A DNA stretch of 43,640 bases from Minisyncoccota bacterium. Lineage in GTDB: Bacteria > Patescibacteriota > Minisyncoccia > Phycocordibacterales > UBA9973. Positions 35,888 to 43,640 of the stretch are shown here, piece after piece; position 1 is the stretch's first letter, and each line of letters begins with the position of its first letter. The notes beneath the pieces are model-generated. The model was given only the letters and a program-made list of their open reading frames with translations. It had not been told where the DNA came from and made no database searches. The stretch is taken from the NCBI GenBank assembly GCA_017992215.1, contig JAGOOZ010000001.1, positions 1 through 43,640 on the forward strand, read 5' to 3'. Position numbers and translations under genes: made by a program.

Positions 35888-36214
35888 ATGGCTGAACATA
35901 GAGAAGAAAAAATCGCACAAAATATCAAAGAAATCGCGGCACTTTGGATTGAAAAAGAAGGTGGACCATCATCGCTTATTACGGTTACGCGTGTATTACT
36001 CTCTCCTGACCGTCGGAATGCAAAAATACTCCTCACAACAATCCCTCGAGAAAAAGAACAGGCTGCCTATGGTTTTGTACGACGAAACCTTGGTGAAATA
36101 CGAGCAGAACTAACACGAAGACTTCGAATCCACCCAATTCCATTCCTTGATGTAGCGATCGATGAAGGAGAAAAGAATCGCCAGAAAATTGACGATTTAC
36201 TCTTAAATGGGTAG
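35888..36214 (+). CDS. rbfA: Ribosome-binding factor A
   Basis: Conserved position directly after infB. 108 aa. RbfA-like pattern (ITVTRVLLSPDRRNAKI, VRRNLGEIRAELTRRL..HPIP). Confidence 0.75.
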   Translation: MAEHREEKIAQNIKEIAALWIEKEGGPSSLITVTRVLLSPDRRNAKILLTTIPREKEQAAYGFVRRNLGEIRAELTRRLRIHPIPFLDVAIDEGEKNRQKIDDLLLNG

Positions 36215-36226
36215 TATAAAAAATAC

Positions 36227-36298
36227 GGCCTAGTCGCCAAGTGGTAAGGCAAAGATCTGCAAAATCTTTATACGGCGGTTCGATTCCGCCCTAGGCCT
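36227..36298 (+). tRNA. tRNA-Cys (anticodon GCA)
   Basis: Acceptor GGCCUAG/CUAGGCC. Anticodon stem AAGAU/AUCUU with loop CUGCAAA. T arm GGCGG-UUCGAUU-CCGCC. Discriminator U. Confidence 0.9.
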
Positions 36299-36323
36299 CA
36301 CGTTTCTAGAAACGATAATACAT

Positions 36324-36408
36324 GCCCGGGTGGCGGAATTGGTATACGCGCTAGTCTTAGGAACTAGTGGAGCAATCCTTGGAGGTTCAAGTCCTCTCCC
36401 GGGCACCA
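36324..36408 (+). tRNA. tRNA-Leu (anticodon UAG), long variable arm, CCA encoded
   Basis: Acceptor GCCCGGG/CCCGGGC. Anticodon stem CUAGU/ACUAG with loop CUUAGGA. Variable arm UGGAGCAAUCCUU. T arm GGAGG-UUCAAGU-CCUCU. A-CCA. Confidence 0.9.
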
Positions 36409-36453
36409 TTTAAAAATCCGTACTTTAGTACGGATTTTTAAATGGTGCCCGGG
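36398..36453. terminator. 27-bp perfect palindrome incorporating the tRNA-Leu 3' end (terminator-like)
   Basis: cccgggcaccatttaaaaatccgtact (36398-36424) / agtacggatttttaaatggtgcccggg (36427-36453). The inner part ccgtac/gtacgg with flanking A5/T5 resembles a bidirectional terminator. Confidence 0.6.
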
Positions 36454-36508
36454 ACAAAGTGTACAAACACTTTGTGTGAGAGGACTTGAAAACCTTGAGT
36501 ATATTTTC
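36445..36508. repeat. 64-bp direct repeat, copy 1 (contains an inverted tRNA-Leu 3'-end fragment)
   Basis: 62/64 identical to 36632-36695. The reverse complement reads ..UUCAAGUCCUCUC-[24-nt hairpin insert]-CCCGGGCAC, matching the T-loop and acceptor 3' strand of the adjacent tRNA-Leu. Confidence 0.8.
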
Positions 36509-36631
36509 GAGAATGTAATCATTTGAGAAAATACGAAAGGTATACAGAATCTGTAAGATTCAAGATTCCTCTCTTTTGTAGTAAAAATATATGTCTTGCC
36601 CGTGTGTTTACTATGTACGGTCTTTATATTT

Positions 36632-36695
36632 GTGCCCGGAACAAAGTGTATAAACACTTTGTGTGAGAGGACTTGAAAACCTTGAGTATATTTTC
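36632..36695. repeat. 64-bp direct repeat, copy 2
   Basis: Same as copy 1 with 2 substitutions (g/a at 36640, c/t at 36652). Period 187 bp. Confidence 0.8.
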
Positions 36696-36720
36696 CAAAA
36701 ACACAGGAAATCTTCTACTA

Positions 36721-36748
36721 TTGACAAATATCATGTATTTGCTATAAT
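36721..36748 (+). promoter_or_regulatory. Consensus promoter TTGACA-16-TATAAT
   Basis: -35 at 36721-36726 and -10 at 36743-36748. It drives a ~270-nt plus-strand transcript ending at the terminator 36993-37022. Confidence 0.65.
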
Positions 36749-36943
36749 ATGAGTCAGTTCTTAAATATATTGTTTAACCTTTAAAAAATTAAAACGTATG
36801 AGAAAAACGTTTGAAAATGATGTGGGGGGTTCAACCTTCAATTATCGCCTGATGGGCACAAAAAATATTGCTGTAAAAGAAACCGGTGCCGGTACCGCCC
36901 CCAATTCTGGAGGCTGCTGCTAACCACAAAAAAAGGAGGGTCA

Positions 36944-36988
36944 ATGAACCCAAAACAAAAAGACGGTAGGCGTTATAGGCCACCATAA
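36944..36988 (+). CDS. Candidate 14-codon small ORF (MNPKQKDGRRYRPP) with a strong Shine-Dalgarno
   Basis: AAGGAGGG at 36933-36940, 3-4 nt before the ATG. The stop TAA lies 4 nt before the terminator stem. Too short to judge coding by composition. Confidence 0.3.
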   Translation: MNPKQKDGRRYRPP

Positions 36989-36992
36989 CAAG

Positions 36993-37022
36993 ATCCTCGT
37001 GAGTATTCACGAGGATTTTTTG
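36993..37022 (+). terminator. Rho-independent terminator (plus-strand specific)
   Basis: atcctcgtga / tcacgaggat, GUAU loop, followed by T6. There is no U-tract in the minus orientation. Confidence 0.85.
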
Positions 37023-37044
37023 CATCACTCCAAGATAAAAATAA

Positions 37045-37072
37045 TTGACATTTATGAAAAATACTATATAAT
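37045..37072 (+). promoter_or_regulatory. Consensus promoter TTGACA-16-TATAAT for 37097-37465
   Basis: -35 at 37045-37050 and -10 at 37067-37072. The ATG lies 24 nt downstream of the -10. Confidence 0.6.
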
Positions 37073-37096
37073 ACAGAAAAATACACACACGCAAAT

Positions 37097-37465
37097 ATGG
37101 CAGAAACCCAACCAGACCGCAAAATTCTTAAAACACAAAAAGACATTTTGTGTCACCTACAAAAAGAGGGAGTATCCCCTGCAACAAAAGAGTTCTTTCT
37201 CTCGTCAGATTTTCCAAATGGAATGATTAAAAGTGAAAACGTGCAAACATATGCTGAATATATTGCACTCAGAGCTTCCACCCTTGGTAGTTCAAGTATT
37301 CCACCATTTGTTGAATTACCAAAAAAATTCGACAAAAAATCAAACCCTAGCAAATGCATGCTTGATGAACTTGAAAAAGTTCTCTCTGAAATAGGCATAC
37401 GGTCGCATTTCCTGGAAAATTCACCCCATTCCTTTATTATGCTTTCATTCATAGAAATTGAGTGA
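37097..37465 (+). CDS. Hypothetical protein
   Basis: 122-aa ORF with its own promoter and terminator. No family recognised. Confidence 0.55.
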   Translation: MAETQPDRKILKTQKDILCHLQKEGVSPATKEFFLSSDFPNGMIKSENVQTYAEYIALRASTLGSSSIPPFVELPKKFDKKSNPSKCMLDELEKVLSEIGIRSHFLENSPHSFIMLSFIEIE

Positions 37466-37476
37466 GAGTACCTCGA

Positions 37477-37502
37477 AAAGCACGCCTACAAGCGTGCTTT
37501 TT
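37477..37502 (+). terminator. Rho-independent terminator
   Basis: aagcacgc / gcgtgctt stem followed by T5. Confidence 0.8.
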
Positions 37503-37544
37503 ATGTATATTGCAATTTGGTCATAATTATAGTAGTATTATTGC

Positions 37545-37778
37545 ATGACGATTATTGCTACTGTGTTACCGTATATACAGATTATTCTTTCTGTAATCCT
37601 TATTGGCGCAATCTTACTCCAACAAACAGGAGCTGGCGCAGGAGGTGTACTAGGAGGAGGCGATGGAGGTGGACTTCATCATACTCGCCGAGGTTTTGAA
37701 AAGTTCCTCTTTACCACTACAATTGTAGTTGGTATCCTTTTTGTACTCTCTGCACTTGCGGCAATACTCGTTAAGTAA
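37545..37778 (+). CDS. secG: Preprotein translocase subunit SecG
   Basis: 77 aa. Two TM helices flanking a glycine-rich loop (LLQQTGAGAGGVLGGGDGGG). Confidence 0.8.
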   Translation: MTIIATVLPYIQIILSVILIGAILLQQTGAGAGGVLGGGDGGGLHHTRRGFEKFLFTTTIVVGILFVLSALAAILVK

Positions 37779-37840
37779 CAAAGATTTTTAGTTATCGAGA
37801 TTACCAATACTAATTTTTACATCCCGTATACAATACGGTG

Positions 37841-39658
37841 ATGTCTCCTATGCACACTCTTATATCATTCTTCAAAGAATTTAAAGTTCCCAAAAAACGA
37901 GAACTTATTTCTGCATTTTCTTCTTTTTCACAAAAACAATTTTTTATATTTCTTGGAACTGTTGTTGTTGCTTGTATCGCAACGATCCTTCTTGTGTCTC
38001 GAATCAATTCCCTTTTTCTCGTAGAAATTCCTGCTGACGGAGGAAAAATACGCGAGGGTATTATTGGAATACCAAGCCTCGTCAACCCAGTTCTTGCACT
38101 TTCTGATGCAGACAAGGACCTTACTTCAATAGTCTATTCAGGCCTCATGCGTAAAATGCCTGATGGTCGATTTATTCCAGACCTCGCAGAATCATATGAC
38201 ATCTCAGCAGATGGAACACTCTATACGTTTACACTCAAAAAAGACATTGTATTCCACGACAATACACCTGTTACTGTCGATGACATCATCTTTACTATAG
38301 AAAAAATCCAAGACCCACTTATCAAAAGTCCTCGAAAAATTGCATGGGATGGTATTACTGTTGAGAAAATAGACGAATCAACTGTCGCATTCCGACTCAA
38401 GAAGCCATACATTTCATTCATGAACAATACAACAACAGGAATTCTTCCTTCTCATCTCTGGAAAAATGTTACCCCTTCAGAATTTGGAGTATTCCCTCTC
38501 AATATCAAAGCAATTGGTTCTGGTTCATTCAAAATCACTTCTGTTGTTCGAACAAAAGATGGTGTACCAGAATCCTACACACTCACACGTTTCAATAAAT
38601 TCGCACTTGGTATTCCTCATATAAAAGAAATTACATTTATTTCGTACGCAAATGAAAATACTCTTCTTAAGGCACTTCTCAATGGTTCAATAGACCAAGC
38701 GAGTGGTATTAGCCCTGATGAAGCAACAGCAATTGAAAAAGCTCACTCGGCAATCCATACATCAACACTACCCCGAACATTTGGTATCTTTTTTAATACA
38801 CAACAAAATAAAATATTTACAGACACTGCAGTCGTAAAAGCATTTGATAAGGCACTCGACCGAGAAGATATTATCAATCAAGTACTCTATGGGTATGGTA
38901 AACCAATCAATTCTCCAATTCCAGATTCATTTATCGCAGGTGATACACATACCTACAATTCATCATTTTCATCAATTGAAGAAGCAGAATCAATCCTACA
39001 AAAAGCAGGTTGGATACGTGGCGATGACGGTATTAGACGAAAAGGTGGAACAAAAGTTGTCACCCAAACAAAAAAAGTAAATGGTAAAACAGTCACACAA
39101 AAAACAACAGTCAAAACACCTGAGGCACCAATGATCCTCTCGTTCTCTCTTACGACAGGAGATACTCCTGAATTAAAAGAGACTGCATTACTTATCAAAA
39201 CTCAACTCGAAAAAATAGGTGCAGTAGTTGATATCGAAAAAGTATACGAAACAGGAAAGCTCAACCAAGTAATCCGAGCTCGAGACTATGAAGCACTCTT
39301 CTTTGGTCAGGTGGTCAACAACGAATCAGACCTCTTCTCATTCTGGCATTCATCACAGCGAACAGACCCTGGTCTCAATATCGCATTGTATAGCAACCAA
39401 ACCATCGATGGACTACTCGAAAAAGTACTCCAAACACGAGATACAAAACAACGAGCAACTCTCTACCAAAGCATGATTCGTGAATTCCAAGAAAGAACAC
39501 CTGCACTCCTCCTCTATTCGCCAACATATATTTACGCAACATCAAAAAATCTTAAAAATATTTCAATCGAAACACTAACAATTCCATCCGATCGCTTTGC
39601 GTCAATACATACATGGTATGCAAACACAGACAACGTCTGGAAAATATTTACTAAATAA
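37841..39658 (+). CDS. ABC transporter substrate-binding protein, family 5 (peptide/nickel type), membrane-anchored
   Basis: N-terminal TM anchor and about 550-aa SBP_bac_5-like body (GLMRKMPDGRFIPDLAESYDISADGTLYTFTLKKDIVFHDN). ATG 37841 lies 6 nt after a TACAAT box; GTG 37838 is the ORF-track alternative. Confidence 0.8.
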   Translation: MSPMHTLISFFKEFKVPKKRELISAFSSFSQKQFFIFLGTVVVACIATILLVSRINSLFLVEIPADGGKIREGIIGIPSLVNPVLALSDADKDLTSIVYSGLMRKMPDGRFIPDLAESYDISADGTLYTFTLKKDIVFHDNTPVTVDDIIFTIEKIQDPLIKSPRKIAWDGITVEKIDESTVAFRLKKPYISFMNNTTTGILPSHLWKNVTPSEFGVFPLNIKAIGSGSFKITSVVRTKDGVPESYTLTRFNKFALGIPHIKEITFISYANENTLLKALLNGSIDQASGISPDEATAIEKAHSAIHTSTLPRTFGIFFNTQQNKIFTDTAVVKAFDKALDREDIINQVLYGYGKPINSPIPDSFIAGDTHTYNSSFSSIEEAESILQKAGWIRGDDGIRRKGGTKVVTQTKKVNGKTVTQKTTVKTPEAPMILSFSLTTGDTPELKETALLIKTQLEKIGAVVDIEKVYETGKLNQVIRARDYEALFFGQVVNNESDLFSFWHSSQRTDPGLNIALYSNQTIDGLLEKVLQTRDTKQRATLYQSMIREFQERTPALLLYSPTYIYATSKNLKNISIETLTIPSDRFASIHTWYANTDNVWKIFTK

Positions 39659-39669
39659 ATTATTACACT

Positions 39670-41616
39670 ATGAACGAATTACCTAAACCACAAACAGCAT
39701 CACAGAGACCAAAACACACTCGCCCGTTTAATGCACGAAAAAACCAGAACCCTACACCTTCACAAGGAAAACCAAAACACGGAGAAGGTCACCAATCTCG
39801 CACTGACAACAAACAAAGTCGTGGAAGTTACCAATACGGCTCAAACAAAGGAGGCCGAAGACCAAAAGCAGTCGCCCCTACAGAACAAAACAAACCAACT
39901 CCTCAAAAGAGACGGACACCATCTATCCCTGCACCAGAGAAGGGTGTTATTCGAGTTATTCCACTTGGTGGCGTAGAAGAAATCGGAAAAAACATGACAG
40001 CTATCGAAATCGGTAATGATATCATCGTCATCGATGCTGGTATGCAATTCAAAACAGAAGATACTCCTGGTATTGACTATATTATTCCAAATACAACATA
40101 CCTCGAAGAACGTAAGGACAAGATTCGTGCAATGATTGTCACACATGGACACTTAGACCACATTGGTGGTATTCCGCTTGTGATGAGTCGCATTGGAAAT
40201 CCCCCACTCTATTCTCGAAATCTTTCTATCTTGATGATGAAAAAACGACAAGAAGAATTCCCTCATCTTCCTGCCCTCAACTGTCAGATTGTTGAGAAAG
40301 ATTCTGTTATCTATGCAGGTGAAATGCGTATCAGATTCTTTGGAGTGACCCACACAGTACCAGATTCTATGGGTATCGTTATTGAAACACCGTACGGTTC
40401 AATCGTTAACCCTGGAGACTACAAACTCGACCATATCGATGGTATTGTTTCTGATCAAGAACAAAAAGAATACGCATTCTTTGATAAAGAAAAAGTACTT
40501 CTTTTACTTACTGATTCGACAAACGTAGACAATGAAGGATTCTCTCTTCCTGAAATAAAAGCACATCAAGGACTTGAGAATCTCATCAAACAAGGAACTG
40601 GTCGTATTATTATCGCAGCATTTGCATCACACCTTACTCGACTTATCAAAGTAGTAGAGGTTGCTGAAGCACTCGGTAAAAAAGTTGTCTTTGATGGTCG
40701 CTCAATGAAAACAAACATCGAAATCTGTGAACAAGCAGGACTTTTCCACCCAAAGAAAGGTACTGTTATTCCTATCGAAGATGTCGATAAATACCCTCCA
40801 AATAAAATCATTATCATGATGACTGGTGCTCAAGGAGAAGAATTCGCTTCTCTCGGCCGTGTTGCAAACAAAACACACAAGAAATTCACAATCAAACCAG
40901 GTGATACTATTATTCTCTCTGCTTCAGTTGTCCCAGGAAATGAAATCGCTGTAGAACGCATGAAAGATAATCTTGCACGAAGTGGTGTAAAGATTATTAG
41001 TTACCGTACAAGTGAAGAAACAATTCACGCTACAGGACACGGAAACCAAGAAGATATCAAGTGGCTTCACCGAAAAACTCATCCAAAATTCTTTATTCCA
41101 ATTCACGGAAACCACTACCGTCTCAAGCTCCACAAAGAACTTGCAATGTCTCTTGGTATGTCCGAAGAAAATATTGTTGTTCCTGATAATGGTTCGATTG
41201 TTGAAATCGTTGATAATGGTGAGAAAATCACCGTAAGAAAAGAAAAAGCACCAGCCTCACCAATGATGGTTGATGGATTCTCTGTCGGAGACGAACAAGA
41301 AGTTGTTATTCGTGATCGTCAAATGCTTGCAGAAGATGGTATGTTTGTCCTTATTGCTACCATAGACTCTGTCACAGGAAAACTCCGAAAATCTCCAGAT
41401 ATCATCTCACGTGGCTTTATCTACCTCAAGGAAAATCAAGATCTTCTTCATCAGGTTCGTCTTATTATCAAAAAGACAATCGAAGATGAAACTCGAGGCT
41501 CAAATCCAATCAATTTTGATATGGTAAAAACAACACTGGGAGATAATATTTCAAAATTCCTCTTCCAGAAAACAGCCAAGCGTCCACTTGTCATCCCTGT
41601 GCTTCTCAATATCTAA
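39670..41616 (+). CDS. rnj: Ribonuclease J with a ~95-aa basic low-complexity N-terminal extension
   Basis: Metallo-beta-lactamase motif THGHLDHIGG, beta-CASP region, C-terminal domain. N-terminal K/R/Q/P-rich segment before IRVIPLGGVEEIGKN. Confidence 0.9.
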   Translation: MNELPKPQTASQRPKHTRPFNARKNQNPTPSQGKPKHGEGHQSRTDNKQSRGSYQYGSNKGGRRPKAVAPTEQNKPTPQKRRTPSIPAPEKGVIRVIPLGGVEEIGKNMTAIEIGNDIIVIDAGMQFKTEDTPGIDYIIPNTTYLEERKDKIRAMIVTHGHLDHIGGIPLVMSRIGNPPLYSRNLSILMMKKRQEEFPHLPALNCQIVEKDSVIYAGEMRIRFFGVTHTVPDSMGIVIETPYGSIVNPGDYKLDHIDGIVSDQEQKEYAFFDKEKVLLLLTDSTNVDNEGFSLPEIKAHQGLENLIKQGTGRIIIAAFASHLTRLIKVVEVAEALGKKVVFDGRSMKTNIEICEQAGLFHPKKGTVIPIEDVDKYPPNKIIIMMTGAQGEEFASLGRVANKTHKKFTIKPGDTIILSASVVPGNEIAVERMKDNLARSGVKIISYRTSEETIHATGHGNQEDIKWLHRKTHPKFFIPIHGNHYRLKLHKELAMSLGMSEENIVVPDNGSIVEIVDNGEKITVRKEKAPASPMMVDGFSVGDEQEVVIRDRQMLAEDGMFVLIATIDSVTGKLRKSPDIISRGFIYLKENQDLLHQVRLIIKKTIEDETRGSNPINFDMVKTTLGDNISKFLFQKTAKRPLVIPVLLNI

Positions 41617-41621
41617 TCCCT

Positions 41622-42806
41622 ATGACACTACCAAAAATATACAGAATGTACGTACTATCGTTCTTCTTTACGCTCCACGTTGCACTTTCTGCATACGCAA
41701 ACTCAACATTCCTCACTACAGTTATGCCAGAGAAGTATGTTGGTATGGTGTACACTGTTGCCTCGTTGATTGCGCTTATACTCCTGACACGAAGTGCACA
41801 CCTTCTTCAATATTTTGGTAATAAAAAACTCATCCTTTGGCTTCTCCTTGTAAATATGCTCGCACTCGTTGGGCTTATTACTATCAAATCACCCCTTGCT
41901 ATTGTTGCATCACTCATATCATTCCTTGCGACAAATACATTGATATCACTCTGTCTTGATATCTTTATTGAACATTTTGGAGACAAAGCAACTGTTGGCA
42001 AAACAAGAGGATTCTACCTGACTGTTACAAATAGTGCGTGGATGCTCTCACCTCTTATTACTGCATTTCTTATTACGCGAGAGGGTGGATACCAAACAAT
42101 ATACCTTGTTGCTTTTATGGCGACAATCATTATGACTTTTGGACTCCTCTTGTCAGTAAAAACTTTTACTGATGCAGCGTACAAGAAAACACCATTCATT
42201 GAAACATATCAATATCTGAAGACAAACTCACACATGTTTTCGATCTCAATGATGAATTTTATTTTACAATTCTTTTTTTCATGGATGGTTGTCTATACAC
42301 CAATCTATCTGATTCAACACATGGGATTTAATTGGTCAGCACTTGGTGTTATTTTTACAGTTATGCTTGCTCCATTTGTACTCTTTGGATTCCCTGTTGG
42401 TGTCTTGATTGATAAATACCACATCAAAAAACGCACACTTTTATATATTGGTATTAGTATTATGGCTCTCTCGACGGCATCTATTACCTTTATTACATCT
42501 CACGAGGTTATAGTATGGTCTCTTGTACTCTTCCTGACACGCATGGGAGCAAGTATTGTAGAATCAGCAACTGAAATATATTTCTTTACCCATATCACAG
42601 AAGAAGAAGCATATGTGCTTGGATTCTTTCGAGATATGACGCCGGTTGCATATATTGTTGCTCCACTCATCGCAACAACACTCTTCCTTTTCTTTCCATT
42701 TAAATACCTCTTTATCGCACTTGCTGGTATCGTTTTTTTTGGTGGATTTTATTATATTAAAAAACTCAAACATAACCATGAATACTATCTACCCAATCAG
42801 AATTAA
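41622..42806 (+). CDS. MFS transporter
   Basis: 394 aa, about 12 hydrophobic helices in a 6+6 layout with a central loop. Confidence 0.75.
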   Translation: MTLPKIYRMYVLSFFFTLHVALSAYANSTFLTTVMPEKYVGMVYTVASLIALILLTRSAHLLQYFGNKKLILWLLLVNMLALVGLITIKSPLAIVASLISFLATNTLISLCLDIFIEHFGDKATVGKTRGFYLTVTNSAWMLSPLITAFLITREGGYQTIYLVAFMATIIMTFGLLLSVKTFTDAAYKKTPFIETYQYLKTNSHMFSISMMNFILQFFFSWMVVYTPIYLIQHMGFNWSALGVIFTVMLAPFVLFGFPVGVLIDKYHIKKRTLLYIGISIMALSTASITFITSHEVIVWSLVLFLTRMGASIVESATEIYFFTHITEEEAYVLGFFRDMTPVAYIVAPLIATTLFLFFPFKYLFIALAGIVFFGGFYYIKKLKHNHEYYLPNQN

Positions 42807-43482
42807 TAAATACCTCGCATCTCACAATTACGCTACTCGTACGGGTGCTGATGAACTCATCAAAAAGGGTCTCGTAACAATCAACGGGAAAAAAGCCGTC
42901 CTCGGGGACAAGGTGCTCGAAGGTGATACTGTTGTTGTTCAAACAAAAGGAAGTAAACCAACATATGCATATTACGCATATAACAAAGCCCCTGGAATCT
43001 CTACAAACCCAGAGCCAGGTGTACCTGATATTCTAAAGAAGACCAAATTCCCTACACGAGTATTTCCCGTTGGAAGACTCGACAAAGACTCACATGGGCT
43101 TATCATCATGACAAACGATGGTCGTGTGACAGACAGACTTCTCTCTCCTAAATATGTTCACGAAAAAGAATATGTCGTAAAAACAGAAAAAGAATTTACT
43201 GACCGTTTCATTGAATCAATGAGTACCGGTGTTGCATTTGATGAATACAAAAGTAAGCCATGTAAAGTCTGGCGTAAAACCAAAAATACATTTCATATTA
43301 TCCTCACCGAAGGAAAGAAGCGTCAAATCAGACGTATGTGTGAAGCACTCTACCACAAAGTAATTGACCTCAAGCGTATTCGAGTCATGAATATCGAACT
43401 CGAAAAAATACCCCTTGGTAGTTATCGAGAAATTACAGGAAAAGAATTAGAAACATTCCTTACCTCTCTTAATCTTCTCTAG
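42778..43482 (+). CDS. Pseudouridine synthase, RsuA/RluB/RluF family
   Basis: Start at MNTIYPIRINKYLASHNYATRTGADELIKKGLVTINGK (S4 domain). Catalytic Asp motif GRLDKDSHGLIIMTNDG. Overlaps the MFS gene end by 29 nt. Confidence 0.9.
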   Translation: MNTIYPIRINKYLASHNYATRTGADELIKKGLVTINGKKAVLGDKVLEGDTVVVQTKGSKPTYAYYAYNKAPGISTNPEPGVPDILKKTKFPTRVFPVGRLDKDSHGLIIMTNDGRVTDRLLSPKYVHEKEYVVKTEKEFTDRFIESMSTGVAFDEYKSKPCKVWRKTKNTFHIILTEGKKRQIRRMCEALYHKVIDLKRIRVMNIELEKIPLGSYREITGKELETFLTSLNLL

Positions 43483-43486
43483 AATA

Positions 43487-43520
43487 CAAAAACACCTCGA
43501 CTAAAGTCGAGGTGTTTTTG
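43487..43520. terminator. Bidirectional terminator hairpin
   Basis: caaaaacacctcgac / gtcgaggtgtttttg between convergent genes. Confidence 0.85.
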
Positions 43521-43529
43521 TATGTTATG

Positions 43530-43640
43530 CTATTTCGCAATATACGGGAGAAGACCCATAAATCGAGCACGTTTGATAGCTTCTGCGAGTTTACGCTGGT
43601 TCTTTGCAGTCACATCTGTACGACGACGAGCAAGCATACG
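43530..43640 (-). CDS. rpsR: 30S ribosomal protein S18 (C-terminal part; gene continues beyond the window)
   Basis: Minus-frame translation [36 protein letters not shown]-stop matches the conserved S18 C-terminus. Confidence 0.85.
   Translation of the reverse strand, partial: RMLARRRTDVTAKNQRKLAEAIKRARFMGLLPYIAK

Noticed and set aside
34815-36036. Long antisense ORFs within infB (34815-35513, 35506-36036). Similar shadow ORFs occur inside topA, clpB, dus and the helicase
   Set aside because: They lie opposite strongly conserved genes and have low-complexity, Ser/Ile-rich translations typical of antisense frames. No independent signals support them.
36364-36657. 97-aa minus-strand ORF
   Set aside because: It runs through tRNA-Leu, the 27-bp palindrome and both 64-bp repeats. 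It is a chance ORF in structured non-coding DNA.
36798-36923. 41-aa ORF ending in GGCC as a RiPP precursor peptide
   Set aside because: There is no Shine-Dalgarno or leaderless start geometry. No modifying enzyme, protease or exporter genes lie nearby. It is kept only as a possibility within the small-transcript finding.
36831-37094. 87-aa minus-strand ORF
   Set aside because: It is antisense to a transcript defined by a plus-strand consensus promoter and a plus-specific terminator. It also spans a second plus-strand promoter and has no minus-strand signals.
36944-37097. Translation-coupled attenuation of gene 37097-37465 by the 14-codon Pro-Pro-stop ORF abutting the terminator
   Set aside because: The downstream gene has its own consensus TTGACA-16-TATAAT promoter (37045-37072) after the terminator, so read-through control is not required. 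The geometry alone is not evidence.
1-43640. Alternative genetic code (UGA as Gly, code 25, as in some CPR lineages)
   Set aside because: Conserved proteins end at the expected lengths with TGA as a stop (for example dprA at 21048-21050). No conserved gene needs in-frame TGA read-through. Code 11 fits.

Overview
Low-GC, gene-dense bacterial window. The reduced housekeeping set suggests a small-genome lineage, likely CPR/Patescibacteria (Parcubacteria-like); this is inference only. Reduced genes include a short gamma-only dnaX, an N-terminally truncated IF-2, a Rel ending after TGS, plus DUF4446 and MYG1 genes. Standard code 11 fits, since TGA is used as a stop. Recognisable genes: obg, MYG1-family hydrolase, YqeY, DEDDh exonuclease, rmuC, PspC-domain protein, AI-2E transporter, HI0933-type flavoprotein, dnaX, pcp, dus, ftsQ-like, serS, dprA, topA, rel, parB, clpB, cysteine desulfurase, infB, rbfA, secG, family-5 SBP, RNase J, MFS transporter, pseudouridine synthase and partial rpsR. 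There are four tRNAs: Gln-UUG, Tyr-GUA, Cys-GCA and Leu-UAG. Many genes have a -10 box only 5-10 nt upstream of the ATG and no Shine-Dalgarno, so they look leaderless. The standout region is 4.9-8.7 kb on the minus strand. A 225-aa protein with Cas7/Csm3-like RAMP sequence patterns and an Fe-S DinG/XPD-family helicase sit inside an array of five paralogous structured RNA modules of about 200-250 nt. These modules have conserved sequence boxes and stems that change sequence but keep pairing, with G-U pairs only on the minus strand. No canonical CRISPR array is present. Other points of interest: a GC-rich four-way-junction element at the window start, a self-contained small-gene cassette with a 23-bp leader hairpin, inverted and decayed tRNA-Leu 3' fragments, a stand-alone ~270-nt transcript carrying small ORFs, and a hairpin that sequesters a start codon.
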